A stretch of 61,361 bases of DNA, filler included. It is 3 parts of 3 records of this genome, joined end to end, with 100 filler letters (N's around TTAATTAATTAA, not from the genome) between each part and the next. Parts side by side here need not be neighbours in the genome. Positions count along the whole stretch, not along the records: positions 1 to 18,811 come from SRR20825019_514; 2 more parts are not named here. The stretch is one strand, 5' to 3'. The translations under genes and the position numbers were made by a program. Positions within the stretch are counted from its first letter, which is position 1; every line of letters begins with the position of its first letter. Under the pieces are notes generated by a model. That model did not search any database, had not been told where the DNA came from, and saw only the letters and a list, made by a program, of their open reading frames with translations. Positions 1 to 11,886 of the stretch are shown piece after piece.

Positions 1-176
1 GACCACCAAGCATGATCCCAAAGCGTGCTCACGCCGGAAGTGGTCCATACTCGAAATAAAGGTTTGCATTCGTGATTGTGGTGAATATTGTCTAGTTATA
101 ACTGGCGAAAATACGAAGAACACCATGATGAGCGAACCTATAGTTTGATTGACTGGCCCAAGACAACATTTTGAGC

Positions 177-3100
177 ATGCCAACTGAAGGTCCAACAGCA
201 GTGAGCAGACAGGCCTCCGCAGCGTCCCCGCCACCGGGTTCGTCTAGACAGTCTACTGTTGATAATGGTGGTCAAAGCTCCGAGCCCGAGGTAAAACAAA
301 AAAGTACAAGGGGTGCGGGAAGGAGGCCAAGCGGAATTTCTCGAATGGCATCCCCAGATATGATGGACGTTGGGTCAGAACGTCAGTCAGAGCAGGGATC
401 TAGTTATCATGGCAGCATGACGAAGTTGAGAAGAGGGTCTAAGATTGCCGCTTCTCTCAGTATGGTGATGTCAACCCGGCAGTCTTCTCGCGAGGAGATG
501 GCAAGTATCGGTGACCGCAATATTCCAGCCATGTGGGAACAGGACTACCTTCAAGATGCGCTCACAGGAAAACCGCGAAGATCCTCAATTGGACTCGACG
601 ACTATTACGACAGCGATGAAGATATTGTAGTAGAAGGGGTATGTCTTGTTTGCTTTGGAATTCACATCTTTTGACATACAAATACTATGTAGAAAGAGCC
701 ACCTTACAAGCACATCGAAAGGGCATATAAGAGCACCGACAAGTTTCATCGCATGACAGGGTGGAGGGACGACTATATGGCAAGGGCACCGTCCTCATAC
801 TTTGAGAACAGCATGGATGAACAGGCTATAATTGGGCCTCTTATGCATTATACCTCGCTTTTCAAAGAGTTCACGCCGTCTCTCGAGGATACCCCGCCTA
901 TGATATGCCCGAAGAACGAATGCGGTGTTCGCAAGTTTGTGTGCTGCACGATTACACCTACAAAGCCCATCGAAAGTGCCGTGACTGAAGTGGAGATCGC
1001 TGAGTTCGTTCGATCTTATCTTAGTTACGAGTCGTTGCCTTTTCCAAGTAGAATACCCCCTTATCTTCCGTCGCCCGCCACAGTCATGCAGTGGCAGATT
1101 GCGGATTCTTATGACTATGCCAATGTGCTGGCGTCGTTTCTTATCGGGGCCGGTTATGATGCGTATGTTGTCAGTGGTACTGCACCACAGGTGATCACTC
1201 GTTTGGAAACACATGACAAAGAGAACCCTTACATTGACCCTCTCAACCTTCACGTGAAAGATTTGACGGAAAAGGAACGAATCATAGCACCCGTAAGTGA
1301 TGTTGCTGATCAAGAAGGAGCATCTCAGTATATAAGTGCTGGATTGGAGAAACACCTTTCGCACAAGAGCCGCTTTGATCCAGCGCGGGATGAGCTGGAT
1401 ACTAGGATGCCTTCCGCGTCATCAAGTGATCAACAACTAACAGCGCCAGCGAAGCCGGCAATAAGAAAGCAAAACTCTCAAGTGAGCATGAGAAAGAAGC
1501 GGATTGTTGAGAGCGAAAAGAAGACCCTTGTGCATGCCTGGGTCATGGTAGTCCCAAGGAGTCAGTCCCATATTCCAGTCACTGCCTTCATCGAACCTAC
1601 AACGGGAGATGTTCATATGCTGAACAAGAGCCCATATTTCTCTATTCACAGCCTGTGGAACCACAGGAATTACTACATCTGTTTGCAAGATCAAAGTGCC
1701 GCCGATACGTCGGAGTTGTCATATGACCTTGAGGACCCGCGCCAATGGTTGCCCCTCATCGCAACAGAGCAGTCAAATTTCATCATGCAGAGTTGCTCAA
1801 TAGAGCACTTGCAAAAGCGCCTCAAGGAACCCGGGAAGGGTGACCTTATGAGTTTAAATATTTCGGTTGCATCGGGGGAGAGAAGATCGAGTATTTCAAC
1901 GAACAAATCTGCCCCTGACGGAAACTTCATGGCAGGACTGCGGAGGCTCTCGACAACGGCTGAGGAACAGAAGTCTTCCACCCTAGAAAGTGAATTGGAG
2001 GAAGTGAATGGCATGGTGGTGCTTTTCCGAGAATGCTTGAAGAAAATCACTGATGAAAACGAACTCTTTTGGAGTAATAAGATTGAAGTCCCTTACCACT
2101 CTAGGGCATCTCAATTCCGGTCAGCAAAGGTCTGCGACTTTGCTAAGTCGAGGATAGAGTTTTATCCCCATTTCAAAAGAGATGATGGTCTTGTATGCAG
2201 AATTACATATCACACTGACAGGCCACATAGGATTACCGATGCATTAGAAAGGGACAAAGTGAACAGTGTGGTAGAGAAGTACTTCCGGAGGACTGATATG
2301 CTTGAAAGGCGAATAGTCAACCTTGGAAGTGAGCCTAAGATGACTGAAAAGTTTACGTTCGGGCGCAAGGATCGTTTAATGACACACAGTTTTGTGCGGG
2401 GTACATCTCGAGACCTGAAGTTCTATCCTGGAGCTCATATTCATACTGGACTGAGCCGGCGTTTCATTCGTTTCAACCAGTATGTGTGTGAAGAATTCGA
2501 GGATTGGCGCACAGATAGGCTCACGCGCCGTTTTATCAAAATTCGGTCATTGAGTATTGCCGACTTGGCGGTGAGCGTGTCACTGCGTGAAAAGTACGGG
2601 CCTCTGCCTCCCTCTAAGAACCCGGCTGCGAGGTTACGGCTTCAGGAAGCTCTAAGAAGGCTTCGATGGGCAAGCAGCTTTGTGAGACGGGGCACATCTG
2701 TTGAGGCATACAATGATGCGAACTCCGATAGCTCCTCGATCGTGAACATTACAGAGTACTTCGACAGGGACCCGGACAAGTCTAAGCACACTGGCATGGA
2801 CGTTTGCTCCATCATGTATGATATTGTTCTTGGCAACGTGACAGTTGGATTGTTCCCCTTGCCGGGGTCTATAGTGACAAGAAAGTTGACATACAACGCC
2901 AACGGTGTTGTAGAGGCCATGCTTGATGACAAGGGGACTGAAGTCTTGCTGAGTAAGATAAGCAAGACCTCGATGTCAGAGGGTGTCGAGGAGCCAGTAT
3001 TCAAGGATGTAAATGCAGGTGAGACGGCCTGTGGAGATGAGGACAAGGTGGCCCCGCTGGGATTCTCGGACATGCAGTTGCAGGTCCTGTTTAAGAAGTT

Positions 3101-3746
3101 GTCTGAAAGGAAATTGACCATGCTCGAAGAAACAAAGTCTATCCAGGATGTGTGCACCGCGGTCAACAAGACCCGGGCTGTAGAGGAGGCGGAGAGAGTG
3201 AAGATTATACGACCAAGGAACGACTTTGATATTGAGGACCTGAATGAAGCTGACACTCGACGACGTAAGAATCGGGTATTGGACATGTGGAATCAGAACC
3301 AGTACAGGAAGTTTGGGCTACAAATGGAGTACGGGTATCGGTGGCTGCACAAGGTGGAGGAACGAAGGCGGCGGGGCCGACTTCGCAAGGCAACGGAGAT
3401 GCATCCCACGCGGGGGAGAAAGAACCAGATGTCGGATCGCGAGACAAAAGGTGCAGCCGGGAGACAAAAGTCACATCAGAGAGATGGTAACCGTCGTGGC
3501 GGACATGTATCTCCTGAACCACGTCAGAAGAAGCACCCGGCCCCGCCTCACAATGTGGCGGCGGGTCGCGGAACAGGGCGCCCCCATCGCACCAAAGTGG
3601 CCACTCTTCGTGGAGATCGTGCAGGTGCAGGTGCTAGTCCCAGTCCCCATGGATCACCTAAAAGTAAGATGACTGTGCGCACCCTGAACTTGGGAGACAG
3701 CAGTCCGTCAAAAAAGAAGTCGCCCCTCAAGATGCCACCAATTTGA
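177..3746 (+). CDS. DRC7: Dynein regulatory complex subunit 7-like (DRC7/CCDC135/FAP50) protein with transglutaminase-like domain; exons 177-638 and 693-3746
   Basis: Motifs PKNECGVRKFVCCTITPT, LASFLIGAGYDAYVVSG, HAWVMV, FIEPTTG and SLWNHRNYYI match the DRC7 family. A GT-AG intron at 639-692 (54 nt) joins ORFs 171..674 and 753..3746 in frame. Confidence 0.8.
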
Positions 3747-3885
3747 GTCCCTTGCATAGGCGAAACACGCTTCACACTCCACACTCGAAATAACTAGTAG
3801 AAAATAAAGGAATAGTAGCAACATTGTAGTCACCAAGGCCTGATGGATCGCTGTACAGTTTGTGTTATTATGACTGGTGTCCCGC

Positions 3886-4583
3886 CTAGACGGCACGATT
3901 CGGAGTCAGACCAGGCCCTGCAACCAGCGCGTTAATATCTTGGCCATTCATCCCTGCGTGTCAAAAGAAAATGAAGTGGTGTACTGACCAGTTCCGTTGT
4001 AGAAGCGCCCCTTCCATGAAAGACCATGAGTATCGACAAAGCATCCCTCACCATGAACCCTGGACTATAGTATCAGCACCAACTCTGAGGAACCCTTTCC
4101 CTTGATCCTCACATATTATCCTTCCAGTTCCCCTCATAGAAGGACCCATCAGGCCAGTCATACTTGCCCTGACCATGGTACTTGTTGTGAGCCCATTCTC
4201 CCTTTTGAGCAAGAATCAGTGCCGAGACTTCTTGAATAACAACAGAACACTCACTTCATACATAGCTCCACTAGAGTAATAGAAAGCTCCCTTCCCATGC
4301 ATCAAATCGGCGCTCCACTGTCCCTCATATCTCTGTTCACCGTCTGTCAACACACCTTCACCCTGACGGCGGATAACCCCATTGGAATCCTTTTCCCACT
4401 CGCCAGCTATCAATGAACTATAAGCCGCCATGATGCACGCTTGGACACAAAACTCATACTGTATCGGCTTCCGTCAGCAAACACGAAGCTTCCAGTGCCG
4501 CGCTCCGGTTCAGCCGGGGTCTCTTCCTCCTCTTTCTCAACCTCTGGCTCAGGCTCGGGTACTGCTGCCTTCTTAGGGGGCAT
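3886..4583 (-). CDS. MORN2: MORN-repeat protein (MORN2-like), 5 exons; introns 4407-4459, 4202-4254, 4060-4112, 3918-3988
   Basis: The spliced product contains YEGQWSADLMHGKG, YEGEWAHNKYHGQG, YEGNWKDNMVHGEG and ends WKGRFYNGTGPGLTPNRAV*. All four introns are GT-AG and keep frame. Confidence 0.8.
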
Positions 4584-4729
4584 TGTGAGAGTTTGATGTT
4601 CCAAAGTTGACATGGCTCCCATATTCGTAGATTCACGTCATGGGTTGTGAAAGCGTCGTGCATGCCCCTCTTCTTGGGCGGTGGGGGGCAGACCCTTGCT
4701 GGCCTTCACTATGGGTACCGCACACCCGA

Positions 4730-5660
4730 GCTTAGACGGAGGCGATTAGCCGGGCCGGAACCGCAACACGGCTCCGTCCGGGACTGCTCCCTGGGCAGCC
4801 TTGGTCGCACGTGATGACTTGACGCCGGCGGTCGACCAGAAGCCGCCCGGCCCCGCGAGAGGCGACGCGCCCCCGCCGGCCCGAACCGCTGCCCCGCGGG
4901 GCTGGCCCAGCTCCACTGAAGTTCTGGGCCGCGGCCCGGGCTGCGGTTACAGGGTCCGCGGTGCCGCGCCGGCGGGGGTCACACAGCTGCTGCCCCAGGT
5001 CCATCTCATCACTCCACCGGGCGAGCCGTGCACTGTGGTGCCCGGGCACCGGGGTGTTTGAAACTGCCAACTCACGATTGCAACTGAAGTTGAGGATGGC
5101 CGCGCCTTTGAATCAAAACTGAATTAGCAAGCGCTTGGAGACATCGTGTCGTCTCAGTGATCGGCTGTCACTACGAGTACGGTCAGCGGACTCCGTAGGT
5201 ATGCAACGCACTAACGGATCGGACTGCCCGTCGCTGGGCGGCCCCACGCACCGTGATGGCACTGTGGCCCCGGCCCCGGCCGGCCCTGCCCAGGTGGACC
5301 TGACCACCGCGGCCGGGCCGGGCCCATGGGCCGCGGCGCCCGCCACCGCTGTCCCGGCCGGCCGCGGCCGGGCTCGGGCCCGTCGTACCCAGCCGCGTCT
5401 CTTGACACGGCACCGGCCAGCGCCGCTGGATCGACAGGACTCTCAGTGGCGGGCCCGGCTGCCGGCCCTCCTCCGGCCTGAGCCGCGGTCGCGGCCACCT
5501 TTGGGCCGGGCTGCTGTGGGCGGCTCGGGGCCCGACATTGGCTTGGGCGGTGGACATTGGCCAGGGCGGGACCGGCCGCGCTAGAACTTGGCGCCGCGCC
5601 ATCTATGGCGTGCTCGGCACTCTCAGGCCCGGGCCCCCAGGCGGGCCCTCGGGTCAACAG
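4730..5660. promoter_or_regulatory. GC/CpG-rich divergent intergenic island (putative bidirectional promoter, MORN2 / CCDC142-like)
   Basis: Very GC-rich non-coding tract between two head-to-head genes; the ORFs here are low-complexity G/A/R/P strings. Confidence 0.5.
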
Positions 5661-5784
5661 GGCTCACCTGAGCTCGTGACTAAGACGGCGCAAAAGCCCC
5701 TGCAACAGGCGCACCACTTCGTGCGTGTCTCATATTTATCACAATGAGGTTCTGTGGTAAGGAATACAAGAACGCCTTGCGGCT

Positions 5785-8700
5785 ATGTCTGTTGAGGGTT
5801 TGGGGTCGCCGCGAGCGAACGCCCCCAACTCTATTATCCAACGGGTGAACTATGGCTCTCCGAGCTCAGCACAGTCAAGTATCCACTTCACGAGGTCTAG
5901 GCCAGAAAGATTTCAGTTTGAGGCGGAGGCGGTGAAGGAGCCGTACTTCAGTGTAGTGGCGGGAAATTCCGAACCCCTGTTTGACACTCTATCTCCCAGA
6001 AACGAGTTCTTGGGCCCACATGTAGTGAAACCCACACGTTTCCAGGGTTCGCCTCGCGGGAGCCGTGCCGTTGCGGAGGCTGCCGCTGAGGTGTCAACCG
6101 CCAAAGGATACTTTGATTTCGACCACCCTAGGACAACTCTTGTTGTTGGGGCGCCGTGGAGTGCACGGGAGGACTTTCACAGGTGGCGAACTGCCCATGT
6201 GTATGAGGAGGTATTTGGGAAAGGTGAAACAGACAAGGCCGCGTATGAAGAGCTGAAGCGGCGGCACGAGCAATACTTTTGCTTGCTGTTGCTGCGTGGT
6301 AGTTTGACTTGTGTACACAAGGCACGGGCAGTGCTATCTGGGGTTGAGAAGGGGTCCGGGGGCGACCACATGTTTCCTGAAGACATCCCAGAACACATTC
6401 GCTCGATTAATCAGCAATATGACTCGTGGGACAAAGTGCTTGATCTCAGGTCTGATATTGCAACTTCCTCGCCTTTTGTCCAGATTCCGTCGCTCAAGAA
6501 GGCATGGGATGAACTTAACATTGCGTCATCAAAGGCAGTAGAAGTGATGAGCCAGCGTCTCTTTGCCTACATTCGTTGCCAGGTGGAGCAGGTGTCTAGT
6601 GGACTGTCATCTTCCGACATGATCAGGGACGCTACAATGGAGTCTGAGAGGGCGGCATCATTTTGCGACATGTGTAACGATTTAGAAGAACTTTCAAGAA
6701 GGATTAATGGGATACGGGTGGTTCCTCAAACGTCAATAGCGAACTCTCTCGTCAAGATTGACCTCGTCATTGCCCGTGCTAAGAGGATGTCACAATATGC
6801 GGCGGCCACTATGCTTGCAGGAGAATCAGTCAGTATTGACAGGCTAGAGCATGTATTGAAGCGGGAGGAGGCCTTGATTGAACCGCTGCTGGAGTGCATG
6901 GTGAAGGCACCTGTGCACCTGAAACTGAGTAAGTTTTTTTTCGTGGATTTGAATGTGGTGTGGGGTGCTGACGAATAGATAACAGAAGAAAAGAGATTCG
7001 GTATGGACACGGCGCCCTCTGCATCCCTGGTCCCCTCACCACGGCAACCAAAGCGGGCGCCTGTATCACTTCAGCTTTATCTTGCCCAAGAGAAGGTTGG
7101 TCTGGGCATGGTGGAGGCCACTCCTGAGATCTATAGGAGGCTATACCTGAACATCTTTGTCCTGCACTTGAGACCATTGGTGCCTGCAGTATTTTCGCCT
7201 CACGTTCCATTTGCGCGACACTCGGCAAAGTCTCTTGCAAACCTCCAGCGTGTGGAGCCTTCATCAGCTCTGCTGGCCCGCTCAATGCAATACGTTGATT
7301 ACGCACAGGTGGCGGCCATGGAGGCCCCAATGATGAGCAAGATGGGGGAACTCGCGATATCACTCACCAAGGAGCGTATGCGCATGCCCTTGGACAACCA
7401 CCAACCGGAAACACTAATGACTTCCTCGATGAAGTTGGCACGAGAAGCTCTGGACGGTGGCTTCAAGCTCATGGATTCCTGGGCTGGCCTTGGGGCGGAG
7501 GATGCCGCACGGGCATTGAAGATTGCCACGGCCTCGATACAAGGGTGGGCATATCCGATTCCTGGTCTCTATCCCCAACAGGTCAACATGGAGCAGATGT
7601 GCGTCCTTCACAATGATCTGTGTGTATTGCTGTCATTTGTTCATGGGCGTAATTTGGAATTGCTGAGTCGTGGACATGATGATGTTTTGAAGGACGTGGG
7701 GGCGCCATTGCTGAAAACAATAGATCGGATTACTCTTGTCCTTCAGCAGAAGGTTGCCGAGAAGGCGAAATCCTTCTGGGAACAGAAGGCATTGAAGGGA
7801 TGGTATTCCACAAAGAATACTCCAAAGAAACCAACCACTTGCATGATGGAGGCGGTGAAGATGCTCTTGGACTCCACCGCTGCGAATGTGCAGGTGTTGT
7901 GTATGTACAGTAGGCGTGAAATTCTGGGCGCGGTTGTGGGGGGGCTACTAGAGGGTGTCCACGAGTACCTCCTCGATAAAGGTGTACGCATCAGTCATCA
8001 GGGAGCACTTCAAATCCAGGTGGATGCGAATTATGTACGGCGCTGGACGAGCAAGTGCAAGTGGATCAATGCCGATGAGCAGCAGCGCATTTTGAGCTCA
8101 AAGGTATTTCAACGTGTGGAACTCATCGTGGAGCTGTTGCAAACGAGAGGCAACAAGACCGACCCTATGGTCCGGGCGACCCAACACCCAGTGGTGAAGA
8201 TGCCACGTAGCGAGGCGGAGGCATGGCTCATGGTCAATGACCGACGATCGCCTTGGAATATTGTGCGGAATCTCTTTTCCACAAAACGCACCAAGCCCAT
8301 CGGGATCCTTGCCGCTCAAGTTCCACGCGTTGTGCCGGGACGGCCGCAGACTAACCCAACACGTTCGGATATGGTGCGTGTACGGCCCAGCCCCAGGACT
8401 GCATCTCCACGGGCGCGCCGATCGCCGCAGCGGGAACCTGCGAGGCAGTACTCCCCTCGCCGTGTCCCTAAGAGGACGCAGCAGTCTCCCAGAAGGCAAG
8501 AACGGCCCTCTCTTGTGGCCATGCCGGACGAGATGGCAGTGCCCGAGAATATAGAGGGGAAGTCGCCAAGAGATTCTAAGATCGACGGAGTCCTGCCTGA
8601 ACCTTCGATCGAGGCGGGAGCTTCATCGCAGCTTGTTGAAGACAGCGTGGTGCCATTCGACCAAGAAGTGGTTGTGAAGAGAGGCGTGGACCAGAACGAT

Positions 8701-8913
8701 CAGAATGCGTCTAATCTCCCCTCCAAGGAGGTGGCGAAAACGACCAAGTCGCAGTCGCCCTCACGTGCGAAAACTCCCATGTCCCCGAAGGGTAGGAGCC
8801 CGAACTCAAAGGCTTCCCCACGCTCTCCCAGAGGACAACGGAACCCCGGTGCGAAGTTGCCGCTGAGATCGCCCCGTAACCCTGATGGTATTGCTGCTCC
8901 CGTTCAAGGATAG
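5785..8913 (+). CDS. CCDC142-like helical protein with Ser/Pro/Arg-rich tail; probable intron 6929-6985
   Basis: VHEYLLDKGVRISHQGALQIQVDANYVRRW...ILSSKVFQRVELIVELLQ resembles the CCDC142 C-terminal domain (recalled as HILTHGIRFSLQGALQLKQDF). A GTAAGT...CTGAC...CAG intron joins the two ORFs in frame; the exact acceptor is uncertain. Confidence 0.6.
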
Positions 8914-9021
8914 TCATATTTATGTTAAACACAGTAGTATAACCTTAATTGACCCTGCAGCTTGTGTGCACTCCATGAACCTCAATTAACCCACACAAGT
9001 TTCTGTGATGAATCCAATAGT

Positions 9022-10784
9022 TTAATCGTAGTCCTTTGCACGACGACCCTTGGATGCAGTTCCTCGTGCAGATCCAGAGCGGCCGCCTCCACTGTCGGCC
9101 ATCTTCCTCCTTCCCTTCCTGCGAGTTTTCTTCGTGGCCTTTTCCAACATGAGGGCGGCAATACGCTTCATGTGTTCACGATCAGGCACCTCTTCGTTCT
9201 CCTCATCATCTGGTTCATCATCCGACTGCTCATGGTCGTCGGCAGTCGGAATCTTGATACGCATATTGTGCTGAGACACTTGGGCATCCTCGTGACCAAC
9301 GCCAGCGGACTGTAATTTGGAGTGGTAGTCCATCTCCATCTCCCAGTTGATGGAATCTACTGTCTTGACAAGCTTGCGCTCGCACTGAGCCAGGACCTCC
9401 GCCACAGTCTCGTCTGACATGCTGATAGGTGCCTCATCAATCTTGATGTGCTCAACCTTGTCAGCCAAGTGCTCCACACCGGCCTTGACATTAATGAGAA
9501 TTTTGGCCACTCTTTCGAACTTTTGCTTGTTGCGTTCGCATTTCGCGTTCGCCTCAGCCAAGTGAGTCTCGAACTCGTCCACCACACGACGGGAGCCCAC
9601 GCTTCCGGAGCCGGAGTACTTCAGTTCCTCAACACGCTGCTTAGCGATGTTCTTCTCGTCATTGAGCTGGTCAATGCGTGCCTGGGCCTCCTTTGTCATG
9701 GCCATAAGATTGTTAAGGGTATCCTCTTGAGTCAAGAACTTCTGGATAACCTCGTTGACATCTGAAACACCAGTAGCGTCCTTGATCTTTCTGAACGCCT
9801 CCTCGTAGGTCTGTATCTTCTCCTGGTCCCTCTCTTCTGTCTTCTCTGCAATTGCTCCGGACAGAACATGCATGACAGAAGTCTTCTTAAGGTTCTTCTC
9901 TGCCTCCTCAGACAGATCACCCGCAGCCTCCATCTGAATCTCCCTCCTCATCTTCTCGCGCTTTTCAATACGCTGATTCATATCTACTTGTGCTTGCACC
10001 ATGGCGCGCTTCTCAGCGAGCTCCTTCTCGCGAATCTTGCGCTCCTCAGCAACGGTCTGTTCAAACTTGGCCAACTCGGCCTTCGCCACTTCCTTAGCAT
10101 GGTTAGCGTCATGAGACATGAGGAGCAACTCCTCGTAATCGTGCTCCTTCAGTTTCAGGGTACGCTCGATAGCCGCAAGCTGGTTGTCGAAACCAATCCG
10201 CTCCTCCTTCAACCGCTTGACAATCTGCTCGTATGTCTTTCTAATACTCTGGGCCTCGTTATACTTAATCATGGCCTTATCCAATCTGTTCTCCAGTGTA
10301 CGGATTTGCTGTAAGAAAACCACGCGTTAGCTCTACATTTCGGAGTCAGCTGCTTTTCGCATACCCGTGTCAAGGGGGAATCTTCTGTGTTAGGCTTAAT
10401 CGACTCGCGCTCAAGATCCTTCAAACCATCCTGGGAGAGCTGGAGCTTGGCCTGTTTGCGGGCAGAGTCTTGCCTCATAGTATCATACTTTCTCCTCAGC
10501 TCATTAACCTGGTCCTCCAACTTTGATATATCGTTTACAGTGGCAGCAACGCGTCCATGGGCAACATCTGCGGCCTGAGACTTCTGCAACTGCGCCAACG
10601 CCGACCTCAGATCCTTATTTTCCTGACGAAGGCTAGCAACCGTATCCTTGTTCTGTCTAATAGTCCACTGCGACGTTTCATAGTATGCTTTGCGGTCACC
10701 TTCCAACAGGTGAAACCTTTTCTGTAAGTCCTTTAGCTCGTCCTCCGCGGACAGCCCAGGGCCGCGACGTACTGCGGGCGGCAT
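9022..10784 (-). CDS. CCDC151: Outer dynein arm docking complex subunit CCDC151/ODAD3-like coiled-coil protein; intron 10309-10364
   Basis: LQKRFHLLEGDRKAYYETSQWTIRQN and IRTLENRLDKAMIKYNEA match the CCDC151 family. The phase-0 GTATGC...CTAAC...CAG intron is 56 nt. Confidence 0.85.
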
Positions 10785-10859
10785 TGTCTCGTCACGTATA
10801 TTGTTTCCCCAAGACAGTACTAACACTTATACCTGACGGCACCTCAGGTAAGCCAGCAA

Positions 10860-11750
10860 CAGCTAGAGCATACACGCTCGGCCAACAAATACAGTCCCGT
10901 GCCCACTTGTGAGGTGCTCCGTGCAGTGTCCCGCGGCAGCATTGAGAGGAGAGCTTACTGAGCTCAAACGACCAGGCCACTACCCGGGGCAGCCTAAGCC
11001 TGACAGACAGGGCCCGTAGCAACGGCTCGTCAATCGTAGGTTGTGCGAAGTAGCCGGCGAATCGTGCAGGCCGCTGGGCGTTATCCACTCGCGACGCTGA
11101 GGGTGTGTGCCCGCTACCGTGACGTCGGGTGAGGCTCACTCACTTCAGTGTGGCAGTGCAACCGACCGTGGTTCGCGTGCCCCGCCGTCCGAACTACAAT
11201 GAGCCACTCCGGCCATGCAACAGGGCAGCAGCGCAGTGCCGGGGTGGGCGCTTGATCACGGCTGAAACCGTTCTAATTCAAACGCACGTTTCTTATCCGG
11301 ACAAATGAAAAATCTCGATTTTATGATCATGGGCAATTGTACTGTATGTAGCGGTTGAAATTGACTTGTCACTGGGATTTGCTCACAATTCAACTGTGGC
11401 CTTAGCATCCGCGCCCCGCCCCGCAGACTGCTCCGGCTTGTCATGCGCCACTCTGATGAGTGTGGTGGTGCCACACCGGTGGGAAAGTTCCGGGCTGCTC
11501 AATCACGGCGATTTTTTTCCGACACTCATCATCAGTAGTGATCAGATGACTCGGTTGCCCGTAGTGATCTGCTTGTCACGTTCACTCACACTCACTGGCA
11601 TGCGGGGTTGGAGTTCTAAACTGCGCTCAGCCACCGAAAGGCAGCCGGGCCGTCGACGATGGCGGGAAAAGGCCTTCAGTGTTGGCGTCTCCGTACCGGC
11701 CCGAGCTCGGCAACTCTCGGCAGTCATGTTGTAATTGCAGCCATCCGCAT
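10860..11750. promoter_or_regulatory. GC-rich divergent intergenic island (CCDC151 / dehydrogenase)
   Basis: Non-coding GC-rich flanks around an AT-richer core at about 11270-11400, between head-to-head genes. Confidence 0.45.
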
Positions 11751-11886
11751 CATCAGTGTAGACTTGTGTTGAGGACTAGAGTTCATTCGAAAGTGACGGT
11801 TGCAAGGTTCGCCAAGAACCATATATCATGCAGGCTTTGAAACGTTTTATGTAAGCAAGGGGCCTCACCACAAGCCTTAGTTTGCA

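Noticed and set aside
4732-5747. Many overlapping 70-150 aa ORFs in the GC-rich spacers (also 10792-11734 and 15620-16240)
   Set aside because: Stop-codon scarcity in GC-rich DNA; low-complexity G/A/R/P translations with no family motifs.
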